A DNA stretch of 29,320 nucleotides from a virus (lineage: Duplodnaviria > Caudoviricetes). Under the pieces are notes generated by a model. It saw only the letters and a list, made by a program, of their open reading frames with translations, was not told where the DNA came from and did no database searches. The position numbers and the translations under genes were made by a program. Shown one piece after another: positions 25,138 to 29,320 of the stretch. The first letter of the stretch is position 1; the number at the start of each line of letters is the position of its first letter. Location: positions 1 to 29,320 of IMG/VR virus record IMGVR_UViG_3300017721_000193. One strand, given 5' to 3'.

Positions 25138-25330
25138 CTTTGTCTAGTATTGCTACGATAAAATGCAAGTAGTCTGAAAGCTCTGAGGTGCTGACGTTGA
25201 GTTCATGACCCAAGCCCAATAGTGTGACCGGTCTGTCTTCTTTGACGAGTTTTGATATAGCATAATATATAGATATTATAAAGTCAGCTTCCGAAGATGT
25301 TATCTCTTCGTATGTTAGATTAAGAGCCAT
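25118..25330 (-). CDS. Small protein with HTH-like segment
   Basis: TLLGLGHELNVSTSELSDYL; overlaps sigma-like gene start. Confidence 0.6.
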   Translation of the reverse strand: MALNLTYEEITSSEADFIISIYYAISKLVKEDRPVTLLGLGHELNVSTSELSDYLHFIVAILDKVEEEQI

Positions 25331-25535
25331 AGGGCCTAATTGAACGTGCTTTCTCAGGGTCGAGTTCAGCTATTTTATCTATCATTTCATTCTCTCTTTT
25401 GTACGCTTCAGCGTATTCTTCTGCAGATGAATCAGAACCTAGGTTAGCAAATAGCTTGGCCATCTCAAATAGATATAAGTCCACCCGGTTCTTAATTAAT
25501 TTACAGGTCTTGTAGTTACGGTTGTCTAGTATCAT
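25320..25535 (-). CDS. Hypothetical helical protein
   Basis: 71 aa in tightly packed minus-strand operon. Confidence 0.7.
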   Translation of the reverse strand: MILDNRNYKTCKLIKNRVDLYLFEMAKLFANLGSDSSAEEYAEAYKRENEMIDKIAELDPEKARSIRPYGS

Positions 25536-25536
25536 C

Positions 25537-25902
25537 TTATTTTATTTTATATCCTTTGCATTTGATGACAACACGGTACGTATTTTTCGGAAGCCCACCA
25601 TCAAAACCGATTTTAACTTGGTCATAGAATTTCGGGTTATCATCTTCAACCACGCCCAACTCAACGAGCGTATCAGCGAGAAATTTCGAAACAAGAATCC
25701 CGTTATCGATATCGAAGCGGCTGTTATAAGTAATATCAAGGCGAAAACTTTCGCAGGTAAAATCATCGTAAGGCTCAAGAGCTTCGATGCAGATTGCTTT
25801 ATATTCATCTTTCTTCTTTTTTCTGTACGTCCAATGCTTGCCTGCATAAATCATGTTAAGGCTAGGCGGCTTTGGAAGTAATAATATTATATCATTGTCC
25901 AT
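25537..25902 (-). CDS. rusA: RusA-like Holliday junction resolvase
   Basis: PPSLN..YAGKHW, catalytic DIDN......AD.L......DD pattern. Confidence 0.8.
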   Translation of the reverse strand: MDNDIILLLPKPPSLNMIYAGKHWTYRKKKKDEYKAICIEALEPYDDFTCESFRLDITYNSRFDIDNGILVSKFLADTLVELGVVEDDNPKFYDQVKIGFDGGLPKNTYRVVIKCKGYKIK

Positions 25903-26386
25903 AGTCGCTGAGGTCTATGGTGCCCCTGTATCCACTGTATTCGTTCATCAACTCGTGCAGGGGAGGTATCCAACCTAGGGCATTGTCATCACCTGATGAA
26001 GAGTTGCCTACAATTTTAAAGTTGCCTACCTTCAGGTAATTTAAAAGCTCTACTCTATCGAACATGTGACAAAGGTTCCTGCCGTCCGGTAGTTTCAATA
26101 TGTAGAAATAGAAGTCTGCCTTAGACATAAGGATACCTGAATCGGAATCCTTGTTTGTATTCCTGAACTCTATATACAGGTTCGGGCTGTCGGGTGTTTT
26201 CCTTCGCTTGGCCCACATGTAAGCCTTTGAGTCGTACTTAACCTCAATGGTTATTTCTTGACTGTAGTTCTCGCACTTGAGGTCCCAATCAAAGAACACT
26301 CTTTCAGGAGCACGGGTCACAGTGTACCCGTTTTCCTTCATGTACTCTGCTACTAACTCTTCCCCATTCTTGCCTGTGAAATTCAT
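25892..26386 (-). CDS. PD-(D/E)XK nuclease-like protein
   Basis: G..GEE.V, WDL, IEVKYD, NLYIEF, SGI..SKAD motifs. Confidence 0.75.
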   Translation of the reverse strand: MNFTGKNGEELVAEYMKENGYTVTRAPERVFFDWDLKCENYSQEITIEVKYDSKAYMWAKRRKTPDSPNLYIEFRNTNKDSDSGILMSKADFYFYILKLPDGRNLCHMFDRVELLNYLKVGNFKIVGNSSSGDDNALGWIPPLHELMNEYSGYRGTIDLSDYGQ

Positions 26387-26646
26387 GAGTCTCTTCTTAA
26401 TGCCACTTTAAGTAAAATTAAGTAGCCTATTAAATCCTGAACAGTATCTTCAGTCTCATCGTTAATGCCACGCTGCTTAATACGCATCAGCTTGTCATCT
26501 ATGCGACAGCATAAGTTATCAACTGCATTGCCTCCGGCAAATATACCGGCAGGGTTTAGAGCTGAATCACCATATGCTTCGTTCTTTAGAATCAGTAGAT
26601 TGGTAACCGCTGCAGATTCTTCTAGTATTAAATCTTTTGTATTCAT
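26383..26646 (-). CDS. Nucleotide modification associated domain 1 (DUF1599) protein
   Basis: KN.AYGDS, RIDDKL.RI, EDT..DLIGYL motifs. Confidence 0.8.
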   Translation of the reverse strand: MNTKDLILEESAAVTNLLILKNEAYGDSALNPAGIFAGGNAVDNLCCRIDDKLMRIKQRGINDETEDTVQDLIGYLILLKVALRRDS

Positions 26647-26650
26647 ATTC

Positions 26651-26658
26651 CAAATATA
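26651..26658 (-). promoter_or_regulatory. Bacteroidota-type -7 element TATATTTG
   Basis: Occupies the 14-nt intergenic gap, 4 nt before ATG 26646. Confidence 0.5.
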
Positions 26659-26660
26659 GT

Positions 26661-26957
26661 CTATTCGTCATGTAATTGAACATCAACACGATACACTTTT
26701 TTAACATCGCCATTTTGAATTACGATTCTACCGTTGTTCGGATTGAAAAATATATACTTGTCAATAGCTCCCGTATAATCAGAGACATCAAATTTAAACT
26801 TATTGTCATTGATGATTATGTCCCCATTGTCATCGACTTCAATCTTCTTAGCACTTGGTATATTGAACTTGAGGTAAGCCCTCACCAAGTTGGCGAAGGC
26901 TACCTTACGTTCAAGAATTAGGCTGTGAATATGCAAATCTTTTTCTTCCTTGTTCAT
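26661..26957 (-). CDS. Hypothetical protein
   Basis: 98 aa, overlaps helicase 3' end; start uncertain. Confidence 0.65.
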   Translation of the reverse strand: MNKEEKDLHIHSLILERKVAFANLVRAYLKFNIPSAKKIEVDDNGDIIINDNKFKFDVSDYTGAIDKYIFFNPNNGRIVIQNGDVKKVYRVDVQLHDE

Positions 26958-27840
26958 CTAGTTCGTAGTATCTGTTAGACAATTTATCAAAATATAAAGT
27001 AACGGTCCCTAGTTTACCGACAATCTTCGGCTTGGCTTTGACCACGGTAATCTCAACTTGGTTGGCTTCGTAAGGAATACCATTACCATCTTCAAGACCA
27101 AAGGGGCAACGCCATACGTTAACAACCATCATACCTTTACGGCTCCACTGCATACCGCCCGCGATATCATTCATGGTAGGCTTGTCAACATAGGGAACTC
27201 CGTTCTTGTACTTAGCTTGTTGATGTCTAGTGTGTACAGTTACAATCGTATGGTAGTCTCTATCAGCAGAGTGCTTACGAACTTTCGTGAGAACCTGACC
27301 AATAGCGATGTCATCTCTAACTCCCGCAGATACATCCGTCTTTATTTCGGTGAACGGGTCAACTAAACATCCGTCAATCTTAATGAAGTTATCATTCTCA
27401 ATCTTCTCAACTGAAGTGTAGAACGCTTCGATACTTAGGTCCTGTAGACCTGAGTCAATAATATAGAAGTGCTTATTGATAAACTCAATAGCAACTTCCG
27501 TCTCTTCATCGGTAGCTGTAATCTTGTCGTTCACTAGGAACGGCTTGCGTAAATATACCCAAAGCAACTCAGCAAATACCTCGGTAGGTGAGCCTGTCTC
27601 CGGAGAATATATAGCCCACTTCCAACCGTCATACTCGGCAAGGTTCATCATCAACTCGAATCCAAACTGAGACTTACCTTGGTGAGCCCCTGCATAGATA
27701 TATGTGGTTGACCCACGTTTAACTGAATACTTGTCAAACAGAGAACTGAATCCTGTCCAAGCACCTTTCTTGATTCCGTTGTTACGGAGTGTAGTCAACG
27801 AGTCTCTCAGCTCGTTAGCCGTGTAAATTAATTTTTGCAT
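26911..27840 (-). CDS. SF4 (DnaB/Twinkle-like) replicative helicase domain
   Basis: Walker A AGAHQGKS, YSPE, Walker B LVDPF, V.H, DIAGG..W, VVKAK...G..G...L.F motifs; no primase domain. Confidence 0.85.
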   Translation of the reverse strand: MQKLIYTANELRDSLTTLRNNGIKKGAWTGFSSLFDKYSVKRGSTTYIYAGAHQGKSQFGFELMMNLAEYDGWKWAIYSPETGSPTEVFAELLWVYLRKPFLVNDKITATDEETEVAIEFINKHFYIIDSGLQDLSIEAFYTSVEKIENDNFIKIDGCLVDPFTEIKTDVSAGVRDDIAIGQVLTKVRKHSADRDYHTIVTVHTRHQQAKYKNGVPYVDKPTMNDIAGGMQWSRKGMMVVNVWRCPFGLEDGNGIPYEANQVEITVVKAKPKIVGKLGTVTLYFDKLSNRYYELDEQGRKRFAYSQPNS

Positions 27841-27855
27841 CTGTCCTTAGTTTTT

Positions 27856-28188
27856 TTATTTTTTATAATCGCTTTCTTTATGAGCAAAGCTCTTGCTCAG
27901 TGGCTGTCTACTCAATTCCTCAGAGACATGAAAGTCAAAGACTTTCTTTCCTGTCAACTTAAATGATGCCATTAGATTTAAAATCATCTCAGGGCTTGAG
28001 TTCATGTCCTCTATACTTTTCATTCTTGTAGGTAGCTCCATTGTACGGTAGTAATTTACATGCCCGTTACCTCTTCTTACTTTATACGCAACCTTGATTT
28101 TCACAAAGTAAATCATCTGCCCATCATCCTCTTGATGAGCTGAATTTGGATTGATATCGAAGTGTTCGTCTAGTGGTCCTTTATCCAT
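27856..28188 (-). CDS. Hypothetical protein
   Basis: 110-aa ORF in operon. Confidence 0.7.
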   Translation of the reverse strand: MDKGPLDEHFDINPNSAHQEDDGQMIYFVKIKVAYKVRRGNGHVNYYRTMELPTRMKSIEDMNSSPEMILNLMASFKLTGKKVFDFHVSEELSRQPLSKSFAHKESDYKK

Positions 28189-28195
28189 TCTTTCA

Positions 28196-28381
28196 TCACA
28201 TTTTAATTAGACGCAGCCTGCGTTGATACTTACGAATCAACAGTGCTGAGTTGGTTAATTGATTTTGAATATCATCAGTCCATCCAAATCTACTAGCATG
28301 GATTGATAAGTTCACAGTATCTAGCATTAACATTTCAAGATACTTCTGAACTTCACGAATGTGTTTTCTCTTTCTATTCAT
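28196..28381 (-). CDS. Hypothetical basic helical protein
   Basis: MNRKRKHIREVQKY...; start corrected to ATG 28381, overlapping upstream stop. Confidence 0.7.
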   Translation of the reverse strand: MNRKRKHIREVQKYLEMLMLDTVNLSIHASRFGWTDDIQNQLTNSALLIRKYQRRLRLIKM

Positions 28382-28814
28382 AGGTCTTGATTTTGAAATT
28401 AGTGTTAGTGTCTCTAAACATAAGCTCTTGGTCATTAGTAGAGCCGGCCCTTGGCGGTCTGCCTCCGTAATAAATTTTACCTTTGAGGTTGTTTAGTGTG
28501 GTGTACTTGATTCCATCTTCATATGCCCATACCAAAATAGCATTCGGTATTCTCATCTTTCTTGCAAATGCTTGTAGGTCTACTAGTTTTCTTAATCCTA
28601 CTACGGGCGAATGATTGTCATGAACTGACTTAACTTTACGCACTCCTTTGATTTCAACCGCTGCGATATCTATGTGTTCTTTGTGAACAATGTAATCGAC
28701 AGCTGCGTGCGGACCTTGGTCTTGGAACGCAATACCCTCGCGGTCTTTTATTAGCAGCTGAATAGCGTTGAGCTGAAAGTCAACATCTCTCTTTGTTTCA
28801 AATGTCTTACTCAT
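28374..28814 (-). CDS. PD-(D/E)XK nuclease-like protein
   Basis: VDY......AAVEIK motif, K...L, LVW.Y.DG, GGR..R....DQE. Confidence 0.7.
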   Translation of the reverse strand: MSKTFETKRDVDFQLNAIQLLIKDREGIAFQDQGPHAAVDYIVHKEHIDIAAVEIKGVRKVKSVHDNHSPVVGLRKLVDLQAFARKMRIPNAILVWAYEDGIKYTTLNNLKGKIYYGGRPPRAGSTNDQELMFRDTNTNFKIKTYE

Positions 28815-28890
28815 CTTTTCTCCATTTATAAATTAGGTAGCCATTCCAAGCTAGTACAATTAGGCAGGCTACAATATCCTCGATTGTCAT
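28807..28890 (-). CDS. 27-aa single-TM peptide (not in ORF track)
   Basis: MTIEDIVACLIVLAWNGYLIYKWRKDE; ATG lies in the 26-bp repeat, stop overlaps next gene start. Confidence 0.65.
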   Translation of the reverse strand: MTIEDIVACLIVLAWNGYLIYKWRKDE

Positions 28891-28912
28891 CTCTCTTCGG
28901 TGTTAAAGGTTT
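28887..28912 (-). repeat. 26-bp cassette repeat copy 1
   Basis: Minus strand AAACCTTTAACACCGAAGAGAGATGA. Confidence 0.9.
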
Positions 28913-29094
28913 TCCCACTTATATCCAAAACACAATCTCATCATAGTACGATGAAACCAATTTGGTTTGTAGGTTAAATTAAATTGAACATAATGGTCTT
29001 TTCCTAATCTATAACCACCTACATACTTGGGTGTTTCAAAAAGAAGTTGTTCCATTTCTTTTTCAAAATCTGCTTCTGAATCTATTTTAATCAT
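28903..29094 (-). CDS. Hypothetical protein (KPNWFHR..MRLCFG.KW motif)
   Basis: 63 aa; starts in repeat copy 2, stops in copy 1. Confidence 0.75.
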   Translation of the reverse strand: MIKIDSEADFEKEMEQLLFETPKYVGGYRLGKDHYVQFNLTYKPNWFHRTMMRLCFGYKWENL

Positions 29095-29116
29095 CTCTCT
29101 TTGGTGTTAAAGGTTT
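29091..29116 (-). repeat. 26-bp cassette repeat copy 2
   Basis: Minus strand AAACCTTTAACACCAAAGAGAGATGA; 25/26 identical to copy 1. Confidence 0.9.
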
Positions 29117-29303
29117 CCTCAAAGTAGTCATCTGCTGATTTTTGAAAGCAGTTCCTTTGATAGTCATCTGCAAACTCACACATCACCTCCTTCTCTTTCT
29201 CAAGCATTGATTCAATCTTCTGCTCAATCAATCTTGGCGTTTCTAAATCCATTGGTAAGGTTGCTCTAACCCATTCCAATAGTTCTTGCATTGGTGTTTT
29301 CAT
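29091..29303 (-). CDS. Hypothetical protein (MKTPMQEL...LEKEKE family)
   Basis: 70 aa; starts in repeat copy 3, ends ETFNTKER* in copy 2. Confidence 0.75.
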   Translation of the reverse strand: MKTPMQELLEWVRATLPMDLETPRLIEQKIESMLEKEKEVMCEFADDYQRNCFQKSADDYFEETFNTKER

Positions 29304-29320
29304 TTCTCTTTGGTGTTAAA
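29300..29320 (-). repeat. Cassette repeat copy 3, truncated by window end
   Basis: Minus strand TTTAACACCAAAGAGAAATGA; 20/21 identical to copy 2. Confidence 0.85.

Larger units (their letters stand above)
1..29320. mobile_element. Tailed dsDNA bacteriophage genome segment (siphovirus-like, probable Bacteroidota host)
   Basis: Terminase, portal, protease, capsid, tape measure, lysis and helicase genes packed with TAATG/ATGA overlaps; no bacterial housekeeping genes and no integrase in the window. Confidence 0.95.

Noticed and set aside
8010-28061. Intragenic near-matches to the late motif (GTGTAAATTA ~8010 and 27821; minus-strand CTGTAAATTA ~25498, ATGTAAATTA ~28052)
   Set aside because: Mismatch at the first base and inside coding sequence; compatible with chance in AT-rich DNA, though the 8010 copy could be an internal promoter.
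28887-29320. 26-bp direct repeats as a CRISPR array
   Set aside because: Intervening segments are ~180 nt and are intact ORFs; repeat is not palindromic; no cas genes in the window.
1-29320. Stop-codon reassignment, diversity-generating retroelement, introns/inteins, tRNAs, integrase
   Set aside because: Genes tile completely under the standard code using TAA, TAG and TGA stops; no reverse transcriptase or TR/VR pair; terL and helicase are uninterrupted; no cloverleaf or recombinase recognised.

Overview
The whole window is a dense, uninterrupted stretch of a tailed dsDNA phage genome. The long tape-measure gene and absence of a sheath gene suggest siphovirus-like morphology. A Bacteroidota/Flavobacteria host is likely, given TAnnTTTG promoter elements and A-rich, Shine-Dalgarno-free starts. 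Layout: an ~850-bp patterned non-coding region, then a + strand morphogenesis arm (terS, terL, tail completion, tape measure, tail, prohead protease/scaffold, major capsid, two tail-tube-like paralogues, fibres, portal, adaptor, small membrane proteins). This converges at a terminator (~23.43 kb) with a - strand arm (holin, amidase, gp55-like sigma factor, RusA-like and PD-(D/E)XK nucleases, Nmad1/DUF1599, SF4 helicase, small genes). Most notable observations: (1) a TTGTAAATTA motif at six structural gene junctions, with variants before the terminase operon and the endolysin, paired with a T4 gp55-like sigma factor; (2) an uncalled 41-aa ORF that looks like a free-standing ribonucleotide reductase alpha C-terminal redox tail; (3) an array of ~205-bp small-gene cassettes delimited by a 26-bp repeat carrying each gene's start codon. 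All family assignments are from motif recognition by eye; no searches were run.
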